This document shows positions 20,237 to 29,895 of a stretch of DNA of 64,000 nt, piece by piece. The notes beneath the pieces were generated by a model. That model did not search any database. It was not told the DNA's origin and saw nothing but the letters and a program-made list of their open reading frames with translations. This DNA comes from Elainellaceae cyanobacterium (GTDB lineage Bacteria; Cyanobacteriota; Cyanobacteriia; CAZCXK01). The stretch covers positions 1-64,000 of the forward strand of contig JBNPEG010000051.1 of the NCBI GenBank assembly GCA_051117555.1. The letters run 5' to 3'. Numbering within the stretch: position 1 is the first letter of the stretch; each line of letters opens with the position of its first letter. The translations under genes were made by a program, and so were the position numbers.

Positions 20237-21268
20237 CTAAAAATTTTCTAATTCTAAGTGGTGAAATGTCGTCTCTACTAAGATGCTCCACGATGCGGTC
20301 TGATGAATCTTTGCAGCCTCTTGAAACTGATACCAGTGACTTTGGGTGTGATTCTCTTTCCAAAAGTATCGATCCCGAAACGAAGCAAAGCGAGGGATAA
20401 TACCTGCTTTACGATCGTCGATGCCGCGAACGGATTGAGTGATTGCCTGGTCAAACCAATCTCTGGAGTCAAATTTAGGCAATTGTTGATGCCCATATGA
20501 GCGCTTTTCGCTCAGCCCGAGATAGTTTTGGATGCGATCGCCCTGCCGGTGATTGGTGGTGTCATAGTCACCAATGGCCTGGTCGAGATCGCAGATGAGC
20601 TGATCGGCATCGTGTTCTAGACACTGCGAGGAAACCGAGGAATCGACGCAACGACGATATTTATAAAACAAATGTCGAGTTGCGTCGAGAAATCGCTGCT
20701 TATTATCCACCTGAGCATTTGAGGTCACCAGTCGGCAGTCGTGCCAAATCAACGCAGGCCAGTCTGGGCTGTGTTTTGCGTCAGCATGACCAATGTTGGG
20801 CAAGGCCGAACTTAGCACGCCTTTCATCGCATTAAACACGTCATAATAGCCTACGAAGTTTTGGTGTGCCCACGTGTCTACATAGCTATGAGACGCAATG
20901 CCGATGCGATAAAGATTGTCGCTGGCGATCGCCTCATCCATAATTAAGTTTGCATTGCGGCTATTGGGAGTTGTGTTGAGGAGATGGAGTTTGCCGTCCT
21001 TGCGACGCGCCGTTGGAGCGAGCGGATCTCCCGGAATGAAATGAAAGATGGGATAAATCCGCATTAATTCATCCTTAGGCTTCAAAATATTGAGCGTCTG
21101 AGTGATGTAGTTGGCGTAAGCAGTAGATTGTCCGACATTAATTTGATAAATTTTATGATTTTCATCCACATACTGAGACGCATAGGCAATAATTTCGGCA
21201 TCTTTAGGTGGAAAGCCTGCCTTTGCAGCGACCAAATAGTTAATGTAATAGTGATACTCAATATCCAT
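20237..21268 (-). CDS. Hypothetical protein, DUF6765-like (possible Zn-dependent phospholipase C-like fold)
   Basis: MDIEYHYY..AAKAGF, IAYASQYVD, FHFIPG, GIASHSYVDTWAHQNF, GHADA. Confidence 0.65.
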   Translation of the reverse strand: MDIEYHYYINYLVAAKAGFPPKDAEIIAYASQYVDENHKIYQINVGQSTAYANYITQTLNILKPKDELMRIYPIFHFIPGDPLAPTARRKDGKLHLLNTTPNSRNANLIMDEAIASDNLYRIGIASHSYVDTWAHQNFVGYYDVFNAMKGVLSSALPNIGHADAKHSPDWPALIWHDCRLVTSNAQVDNKQRFLDATRHLFYKYRRCVDSSVSSQCLEHDADQLICDLDQAIGDYDTTNHRQGDRIQNYLGLSEKRSYGHQQLPKFDSRDWFDQAITQSVRGIDDRKAGIIPRFASFRDRYFWKENHTQSHWYQFQEAAKIHQTASWSILVETTFHHLELENF

Positions 21269-21539
21269 ACGAGTTAGCAGACTGGATGTTAATTGTGTCT
21301 ATACCAATGCGATCGCCGTCCTTGATGCATGTTCTCAGCTTGTGAATAAACCCGATTTTATTCTGATTTATTCTTGATAGTAATTTGACTGGTTTTAATT
21401 GCAAGAGTATTTATAAAATATTGAATAAAATACTGATGCGTCTCTGGATCTTGCAAAATAATCTAACCCAAGCAGGATAGCCAATTAAAGGCATCGTACT
21501 TGGGTTAATAGCAGGGGCAACTAGGGGGCATTCACACCG

Positions 21540-23225
21540 TCAAAACAAATCTAAGTCGGTCACCGCTCCGACGCTACTTGAGGCAACTAGCTTGGCATAT
21601 TTTCCTAATACGCCTTGGGTGTAACGCGGCTGAGGCGGTTGCCATTGAGCCCGACGCTGTGCTAATTCTTCCTCAGACAGGTGTAGATGCAGTAAACGCT
21701 GATCGGCATCGATAGTAATCGTATCTTCTTCGTTGACGAGGGCGATCGCCCCCCCAACAGCGGCCTCTGGGGCAACGTGACCCACCACCATTCCATAGGT
21801 TCCGCCCGAGAAGCGACCGTCGGTAATGAGTCCGACAGTGTCTCCTAGACCAGCACCGATGATAGCAGACGTGGGTGCGAGCATTTCTCTCATGCCAGGG
21901 CCGCCTTTAGGGCCTTCATATCGAACGACAATCACGTCTCCTGCCTGAATTTTGCCCGCCAAAATTGCGGTTAGACAGGATTCTTCCGATTCAAACACTC
22001 GCGCAGGGCCGGTGATCTTACGATTTTTGATGCCTGTGAGCTTTGCAACAGCACCTTCGGTTGCCAAATTGCCCTTTAAAATTCCTAAGTGACCCTGGGG
22101 ATACATGGGAGTGCTCCACGGGCGAATGACGTCTTGAGTCGGATCGGGCTTAGTTGGAATATCTGCTAACAAATCACCGATGGTTTGTCCGGTAATCGTG
22201 AGTGCATCTCCATGTAATAGATCATGGTCAAGTAGCATCTTCATGACCTGCGGGATGCCCCCTGCTTGATGCAGGTCAGTTGCCACATATCGCCCGGATG
22301 GTTTGAGATCGCACAGCACAGGTACGCGATCCCGAATCGTTTCAAAGTCATCCAGAGTCAGCTTAACTCCGACAGCGTTGGCGATCGCCAGCAGGTGAAG
22401 CACGGCGTTAGTAGATCCACCGACTGCCATAATCACTGCAATTGCATTTTCAAATGCCTTGCGTGTCAAAATTTGGCGCGGCAGTCGCTGATCTCGAATT
22501 GCCTCAACTAGCACACGGGCAGACATTTCGGCGCTTTCCGCCTTTTCCCTATCTTCAGCCGCCATCGTTGATGAATACATAAGGCTCATGCCCATGGCTT
22601 CAAACGCAGATGACATCGTGTTTGCTGTATACATGCCGCCACATGACCCCGCTCCCGGACAGGCACGACGTTCGACATCGACGAGTTCTGTATCATCAAT
22701 TTTGCCTGCGCTGTATTGCCCAACGGCTTCAAAGGCGCTGACAATCGTCAAATCTTGCCCGTTGTAGTGACCGGGTTTGATGGTGCCACCGTAGACAAAA
22801 ATCGCAGGGATATTCATGCGGGCGATCGCAATCATGGCACCCGGCATGTTTTTATCACATCCGCCAATGGCTAACACGCCATCCATACTCTGCCCAGAAC
22901 AGACTGTTTCGATCGAATCAGCAATGACCTCACGAGACACCAGAGAATATTTCATCCCCTCAGTGCCCATCGAAATGCCATCACTAATCGTAATGGTGCC
23001 AAACAGTTGAGGCATTCCATTTGCCTCACGGATGCCTGCCTCTGCTCGTTTCGCTAGATCATTTAAGCCTAAATTACACGGAGTAATCGTGCTATAGCCA
23101 TTTGCAATGCCAATGATGGGTTTCGTAAAGTCTTGATCGCCGAACCCCACCGCTCGCAGCATGGCTCGATTTGGCGTACGCTGCACTCCTTGCGTAACCA
23201 CTTGGCTTTTAAGATTCTCAGGCAT
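21540..23225 (-). CDS. ilvD: Dihydroxy-acid dehydratase
   Basis: [39 protein letters not shown]. Confidence 0.98.
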   Translation of the reverse strand: MPENLKSQVVTQGVQRTPNRAMLRAVGFGDQDFTKPIIGIANGYSTITPCNLGLNDLAKRAEAGIREANGMPQLFGTITISDGISMGTEGMKYSLVSREVIADSIETVCSGQSMDGVLAIGGCDKNMPGAMIAIARMNIPAIFVYGGTIKPGHYNGQDLTIVSAFEAVGQYSAGKIDDTELVDVERRACPGAGSCGGMYTANTMSSAFEAMGMSLMYSSTMAAEDREKAESAEMSARVLVEAIRDQRLPRQILTRKAFENAIAVIMAVGGSTNAVLHLLAIANAVGVKLTLDDFETIRDRVPVLCDLKPSGRYVATDLHQAGGIPQVMKMLLDHDLLHGDALTITGQTIGDLLADIPTKPDPTQDVIRPWSTPMYPQGHLGILKGNLATEGAVAKLTGIKNRKITGPARVFESEESCLTAILAGKIQAGDVIVVRYEGPKGGPGMREMLAPTSAIIGAGLGDTVGLITDGRFSGGTYGMVVGHVAPEAAVGGAIALVNEEDTITIDADQRLLHLHLSEEELAQRRAQWQPPQPRYTQGVLGKYAKLVASSSVGAVTDLDLF

Positions 23226-23344
23226 CCTTTATTCCTAAACGAATTCAGCTATCTAAACTCACCCAAAGATTCTCTCAGAATGACCCCAGGTTGGGAACGA
23301 ACTTTATAAATGTCTTCGCAATCAACGGCGTCGTGTCTAATGAT

Positions 23345-23438
23345 TATAGCGGTGTGCGCTTGAGTTAGGCACGGCAGTGTAGGCGCGTCGTGGCCTACAT
23401 CCCCATGTCTGTGTTTGACGCAATTGCGAATTGCTACA
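23345..23438. mobile_element. TATAGC-type element, subfamily C
   Basis: TATAGC...GCTACA ends, central gtagg...cctac hairpin; reverse-complement similarity to 48271-48357. Confidence 0.7.
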
Positions 23439-23806
23439 GCATAGAAAGCTCGAAATCAGATGATACATGATGATACATTAAGTCATTCGTAAAGAAGCGT
23501 CTTTAGGATAATCTCAATAATGCTCCAAATGATTTCATGAATCCATAGCAGTCTCTTATCAAATTCCATAGTGTTCTTTCATAGGTCTTACATCGAGTAA
23601 AGGGGCAAACCCCAGTCGTGGAGCCTCAACTCACTCCCTTGGCTTACCGAGCGATCGTAAAGACTACAGCCAATACGCTGATCAATTAAGAAATGGATAC
23701 AGCCTATTACGTAATTCGAAGGATACTCCGTCAATTTACGGATAAATTCGGGCATCCTAACACTAGACAGTTGGGTATGGGTAAGAGTAGTGAGATATAA
23801 TCAGCC

Positions 23807-24658
23807 ATGCATGTTGATGAACTGCTGAATAGTTACACGGCAGGTTTACGTGACTTTCGAGGCTCAGACCTGAGCGGAATCAATTTGCGAGGCAAAACCC
23901 TCAAAGAAATTGACTTGCGTCGCGTTAACCTAGTTGGAGCAGATTTGAGCGAAGCCAATTTAACCTCGGCAAATTTGAGAGAGGCAAATCTGCAAGGAGC
24001 AAATCTCAACCAGGCCGATTTAACCGACGCGAATTTGATTGGTGCACACCTTTCAGATGCAACCCTGATTGGAGCAGAATTAACCAATGTTGGGTTGCGA
24101 GGTTCTAAACTGATTCGCACCAATCTGTATCGAGCTAACCTACCCGAAGCAAATCTCAGCGAAGCGATTTTGGATTATGCCAACCTCTCTGAAGCAAACC
24201 TCAATGAGGCCAGTCTCAATCGAGCCAAACTGATAGAGGCAGATTTGAGTCGAGCCATTTTAGATGCAGCAAATTTATCTAATGCAATTTTAAGTGCAGC
24301 GATTCTTGAAGGTGCAAATTTATCTAATGCATTGATGGATGGCGCAAGCTTGGAGGAAGCGGATCTGCGCGGGGCAGATTTAAGTCGAGCCAAGCTCACC
24401 GGAGCAAATCTCATGAATGCCACCCTGAGCCAAGCCAATATCAGAAGCGGAAATCTGAGTTGGGTATCGTTGAGAGGGGCAAATTTACGAAAGGCGAACC
24501 TTTATAGAGCTAAGTTGTGTTGGGCAAATCTTAGCGAAGCAGATTTGACAGAAGCAGTGCTCATCAGTGCCAATATCAATCAAACTAATTTTCAAAAAGC
24601 AATTTTGTTGGGTACGCTCATGCCTGATGGCTCAGCCAACTCAAATATCTGGGGCTAG
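23807..24658 (+). CDS. Pentapeptide repeat protein
   Basis: Continuous A(N/D)LXX repeats; GLRDF N-terminus and MPDG C-terminus. Confidence 0.95.
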   Translation: MHVDELLNSYTAGLRDFRGSDLSGINLRGKTLKEIDLRRVNLVGADLSEANLTSANLREANLQGANLNQADLTDANLIGAHLSDATLIGAELTNVGLRGSKLIRTNLYRANLPEANLSEAILDYANLSEANLNEASLNRAKLIEADLSRAILDAANLSNAILSAAILEGANLSNALMDGASLEEADLRGADLSRAKLTGANLMNATLSQANIRSGNLSWVSLRGANLRKANLYRAKLCWANLSEADLTEAVLISANINQTNFQKAILLGTLMPDGSANSNIWG

Positions 24659-24720
24659 ATGAGTCGTTTACTAGAGCCCCACACACATTCAGCGTCCTAG
24701 TGCGAGAGCGTAAGGCTATA
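24651..24720. mobile_element. TATAGC-type element, subfamily A, partial/degenerate
   Basis: cgtcctagtgcgagagcgtaaggctata matches the right arm of 45295-45389; preceded by hairpin ggggct...agcccc. Confidence 0.55.
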
Positions 24721-24732
24721 AAACATGGGATC

Positions 24733-24763
24733 AAAAAAAGGATTGGGCGATCGCCCAATCCTT
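24733..24763 (-). terminator. Rho-independent terminator of dnaK
   Basis: Perfect palindrome aaggattgggcgatcgcccaatcctt followed on the minus strand by a T run. Confidence 0.8.
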
Positions 24764-24809
24764 AATTCAAGAAAAAATGGATTACAATCCAGTCGGTCAG
24801 TCAGCCGCC

Positions 24810-26744
24810 TTATTTGTTGTCTGTCTCAGAGAATTCGGCATCGATGACATCATCATCACTCCCCGATGATGAACCTGCGCCTTCGTCGGGAGCGCCTGCA
24901 CCTGGAGCACCTGCGCCTGCACCGCCTGCGCCTTCGGGTGCGCCTTGCTGCTGATATAGATTGCTGCTGACACTGTAGAAGGCTTGCTGAAGCTCGGTTG
25001 TGAGGCTCTTGATTTTGTCGTAGTTTTCGGTGTTGACAGCCTCACGCAGGTCTTTGATAAGACCCTCGATCTTCGCCTTATCATCGGCAGGAACTTTATC
25101 CCCAAGTTCACTAAGCTGCTTCTCGGTTTGATAGGCAAGAGAATCAGCCTGATTTCTCAGATCAATTTTTTCACGACGCTCTTGGTCTGCCGCTGCATTA
25201 GCTTCAGCTTCGTTAACCATGCGCTCGACTTCGGTTTGAGGGAGTGTTGAAGCGCCAGTGATGCTAATGGACTGCTCTTTCCCAGTACCCTTATCGGCTG
25301 CTCTCACGTTGAGAATACCATTGGCATCGATGTCAAAGGTTACTTCAATTTGAGGCACACCTCGGGGTGCGGGTGGAATTCCATCTAAGCGGAACGTTCC
25401 AAGACTCTTATTGTCATTCGACATTTCCCGCTCACCTTGCAGCACGTGAATTTCCACGTTGGTTTGACCATCAGCTGCGGTTGAGAAGACTTCAGACTTC
25501 TTAGTTGGGATGGTGGTGTTGCGAGGAATAATCTTGGTCATTACGCCACCCAAGGTCTCAACACCCAGAGATAGCGGAGTGACATCAAGCAGCAGAATAT
25601 CTTTGACTTCCCCGGCTAAGACTCCTGCTTGAATTGCAGCACCCACAGCAACCACTTCATCGGGATTAACCGATTGATTGGGGGACTTATCTAAGACTCG
25701 CTTAACAAGCTCTTGCACCGCTGGAATTCGAGTAGAACCCCCAACCATGACGACCTCATCGATCGCTCCTTTGTCGAGTTTGGCATCGCGGAGTGCATTC
25801 TCAACCGGAACCCGGCATCGATCAATTAAATCAGCCACCAACTCTTCAAATTTGGCCCGAGTCAGCGTCATATCAAGGTGCTTCGGACCATCTTGAGTGG
25901 CGGTAATAAAGGGCAGATTGACCTCGGCTTGTGTGACACTGGAAAGCTCAATTTTGGCTTTCTCCGCAGCTTCGGTAAGACGTTGCAATGCTTGCTTGTC
26001 TTTGCGAAGATCAATGCCTTCTGTTTTTTGGAACTCGGCTGCCAGGTAGTCCACAATCTTCTTATCGAAGTCGTCACCCCCTAGATGGGTGTCTCCAGAC
26101 GTTGCCAATACTTCAAATACACCGTCTCCGACCTCTAGAATTGACACGTCAAACGTACCACCACCCAAGTCAAAGACGAGTACAGTTTCATTACTCTTCT
26201 TATCGAGTCCGTAGGCAAGGGATGCCGCGGTAGGCTCGTTGATAATTCGCAGAACTTCGACACCCGCAATTTTACCTGCGTCTTTCGTCGCCTGACGCTG
26301 AGAGTCGTTAAAGTAAGCCGGAACCGTAATAACGGTTTGAGTCACCTGCTCACCCAGATATTTACTGGCATCTTCAACGAGCTTTCGAAGAACTTGGGCA
26401 GAAATTTCTTCGGGTGCAAACTGCTTGCCTGCTTGAGGGCAGTCCAGCTTAACGTTGCCATTGACGTTGACCACGTTGTAGGAAACTTCCGTTGCCTCGT
26501 GGGTCACTTCTTCAAATTTGCGTCCAATGAACCGCTTCACTGAATAGAAGGTATTTTGCGGGTTCATGACGGCTTGACGCTTTGCAATCTGCCCAACAAG
26601 GCGATCGCCATTTTTCGCAAAGGCTACAACCGAGGGAGTCGTGCGGAAACCCTCTGCATTAGCAATAACGGTTGGCTTTCCACCTTCCATGACTGCCACG
26701 CACGAGTTTGTTGTACCTAAGTCAATTCCTACAACTTTTGCCAT
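24810..26744 (-). CDS. dnaK: Chaperone DnaK (DnaK2-type)
   Basis: [32 protein letters not shown] linker, [10 protein letters not shown]-terminus. Confidence 0.99.
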   Translation of the reverse strand: MAKVVGIDLGTTNSCVAVMEGGKPTVIANAEGFRTTPSVVAFAKNGDRLVGQIAKRQAVMNPQNTFYSVKRFIGRKFEEVTHEATEVSYNVVNVNGNVKLDCPQAGKQFAPEEISAQVLRKLVEDASKYLGEQVTQTVITVPAYFNDSQRQATKDAGKIAGVEVLRIINEPTAASLAYGLDKKSNETVLVFDLGGGTFDVSILEVGDGVFEVLATSGDTHLGGDDFDKKIVDYLAAEFQKTEGIDLRKDKQALQRLTEAAEKAKIELSSVTQAEVNLPFITATQDGPKHLDMTLTRAKFEELVADLIDRCRVPVENALRDAKLDKGAIDEVVMVGGSTRIPAVQELVKRVLDKSPNQSVNPDEVVAVGAAIQAGVLAGEVKDILLLDVTPLSLGVETLGGVMTKIIPRNTTIPTKKSEVFSTAADGQTNVEIHVLQGEREMSNDNKSLGTFRLDGIPPAPRGVPQIEVTFDIDANGILNVRAADKGTGKEQSISITGASTLPQTEVERMVNEAEANAAADQERREKIDLRNQADSLAYQTEKQLSELGDKVPADDKAKIEGLIKDLREAVNTENYDKIKSLTTELQQAFYSVSSNLYQQQGAPEGAGGAGAGAPGAGAPDEGAGSSSGSDDDVIDAEFSETDNK

Positions 26745-26874
26745 ACTGATGCTCCGGTCTACTACAGATTAAAATGCTTCATTAACCAGGTTTAGGGTCT
26801 GCACTTTTCCCCCGGGTCTAGATATAAAGGGGGTCTCCATCTTATATACTGCTGACCTAGCTCTCTCTATTGAA

Positions 26875-26890
26875 GGGGGGGTTACCGAAC
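26875..26890 (-). promoter_or_regulatory. K-box-like element upstream of dnaK
   Basis: Minus strand GTTCGGTAACCCCCCC versus the cyanobacterial K-box GTTCGG-NNAN-CCNNAC as recalled; TATAAG -10-like site near 26841-26846. Confidence 0.6.
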
Positions 26891-27068
26891 AATCTCTTGG
26901 ACGGTTTCACGTTGGCGCTACCGATCCATCACAATTAGCCATGCAGACTCGCTAATTTCTTCTGTGCACAAAGCCTGTTCTTTTTCTCAGTTTAAGAAGG
27001 GATGGATTGTTTGAGATTAGGGCGAACCGTAACTAGAGAGTGGGATTTGCCGCCATTTAGCATTATTT

Positions 27069-27134
27069 GGTCGGATCTGGGTCGGATCTGGGTCAAATCT
27101 GGGCTGGATCGGGACTAGATTGGGCGGAATCTGG
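27069..27134. repeat. Degenerate 11-bp tandem repeat (GGTCGGATCTG)
   Basis: ggtcggatctg-ggtcggatctg-ggtcaaatctg-ggctggatcgg-gactagattgg... Confidence 0.7.
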
Positions 27135-27211
27135 CCCACTCACTCATGTCAGGCGAGCCGGATCGTTGGGTGAGCATGGCAGAATGGCGAAGTGACATCA
27201 GGAGCGATGTG

Positions 27212-28456
27212 ATGAGTCAGGTCGTTGTAATCGGATGTGGAGTTATTGGAGCCGCGATCGCCTATGAACTCAGCCAAATTGACGGACTAAGCGTCACGGT
27301 GCTCGATCGCCAACCTCCCGCTCAAGCCTCAACGGGTGCGGCATTGGGAGTACTCATGGGAGCCATTAGCCAGAAAACAAAAGGGCGTGCCTGGAGACTC
27401 CGAGATGCCAGCATTCGCCGGTATCAAACCTTGATTCCTGAACTGGAAGCCAGAACCGGACAGACGATTCCGGTGAATCGCGATGGCATTGTGTTGATTC
27501 AATTTGCTGATGATGATGTCTCAAAGTGGGAACGAATCTTGGATTTGCGGCGATCGCAAGGATGGAATCTACACATTTGGGACAGGGTAAAACTGCGTAA
27601 TCGCTGTCCTCAGATTGGGGATTCGTTGGGCGATCGCACCATTACTGGAGCTATTTATTCACCCGATGATCTCCAGATTGATCCCACTGCGCTTACCCAG
27701 GGACTGATTACAGCCGCCCAGCACAACGGTGCAACCGTACGGTTTGATGCGGAGGTGACCGGGTTTGAGGCGATCGCCTCCGCAGATTGCTTAAAGACGT
27801 GTCATGCCATCCAGGTTGTGAATTCGGATCAGGGTGTGAATCCAGAACACCCTGCGCCAATGCGTAGCCCGTCGGTTGAGAGCCTCCCCAAGCCTGATTT
27901 AAGCCGAGATTTTACTTCACTCCAGCCTATTAACTCGATTGATGCTGACTGGGTGATTGTGGCTGCCGGACTGGGGTCTGCTCAGCTTTCTCAAATGGCT
28001 CCCACGCCGCTCGATGTTCGCCCTGTGTTAGGGCAGGCGATGCGCGTCCGACTTGATTCTCCCATGGGACATGACGACTTTCATCCGGTGATGTCGGGCA
28101 ATGATATTCATATCGTGCCGCTCAGACACCACGCCGAACCCAATCACTATTGGGTCGGCGCAACGGTCGAATTCCCGGATGACGCCGGATTTGTCGTTGC
28201 TAATCAGCAGCAGCTTGAAACAGTCTGGCAAGGGGCGATCGCCCTATGCCCTGCTCTAGAAAACGCCACTGTCGTGGAAACGTGGTCAGGATTGCGCCCC
28301 CGCCCGTGGAATCAATCTGCGCCTGTAATCGAACCGCTGGCGGGATATACCAACGTGATTCTCGCCACCGGGCATTATCGCAATGGCGTGCTTTTGGCTC
28401 CCGCAACGGCTCAACGAGTCGCTGAGATGATCGGGGCGGGGGATGTAAGAAAGTAG
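27212..28456 (+). CDS. FAD-dependent oxidoreductase (glycine oxidase/DAO family)
   Basis: VIGCGVIG, WSGLRP, ATGHYRNGVLLAPATA; AGGAG SD before ATG 27212. Confidence 0.88.
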   Translation: MSQVVVIGCGVIGAAIAYELSQIDGLSVTVLDRQPPAQASTGAALGVLMGAISQKTKGRAWRLRDASIRRYQTLIPELEARTGQTIPVNRDGIVLIQFADDDVSKWERILDLRRSQGWNLHIWDRVKLRNRCPQIGDSLGDRTITGAIYSPDDLQIDPTALTQGLITAAQHNGATVRFDAEVTGFEAIASADCLKTCHAIQVVNSDQGVNPEHPAPMRSPSVESLPKPDLSRDFTSLQPINSIDADWVIVAAGLGSAQLSQMAPTPLDVRPVLGQAMRVRLDSPMGHDDFHPVMSGNDIHIVPLRHHAEPNHYWVGATVEFPDDAGFVVANQQQLETVWQGAIALCPALENATVVETWSGLRPRPWNQSAPVIEPLAGYTNVILATGHYRNGVLLAPATAQRVAEMIGAGDVRK

Positions 28457-28466
28457 GGGGCGATCG

Positions 28467-29507
<1,041 letters not shown>

Positions 29508-29730
29508 TTACGGGTTAGCAACTTTGTTCTCCTCTATAACCGGTTGTCTTGGAAACTCTGAATTTCCAAGCTAGAGGTAGTTTGCGTGTCGATCATCTAC
29601 ACAGTAATCCACAAAGATGATTGCTCCCAGTGTAAGGGACTGCTTAAGAAAAGACTGGCTGTCTTACGGCTGTCTTAAGGATCAAACAATGAGTCGTTAA
29701 GAGACCTCACTATGCTCCCTAAGCAATTTA

Positions 29731-29784
29731 ATCAACGAATGAAATCAACGAATGAAATCCATGAATGAAATCCATGAATGAAAT
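29731..29784. repeat. 13-bp tandem repeat, about 4 copies
   Basis: atcaacgaatgaa x2 then atccatgaatgaa x2. Confidence 0.85.
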
Positions 29785-29895
29785 TTTCCAATAATCCGGA
29801 GAATAATAGAGTCGGAGTGACAGACATACGTGATTCAACGTTTCGAGTGTGTCAATATCCAGGTGGCTAGTTGCTATTTTTAGCGATAGACAGGT

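Noticed and set aside
23833..24438. Antisense ORFs in the pentapeptide gene
   Set aside because: These are typical stop-poor shadows of a repetitive coding sequence
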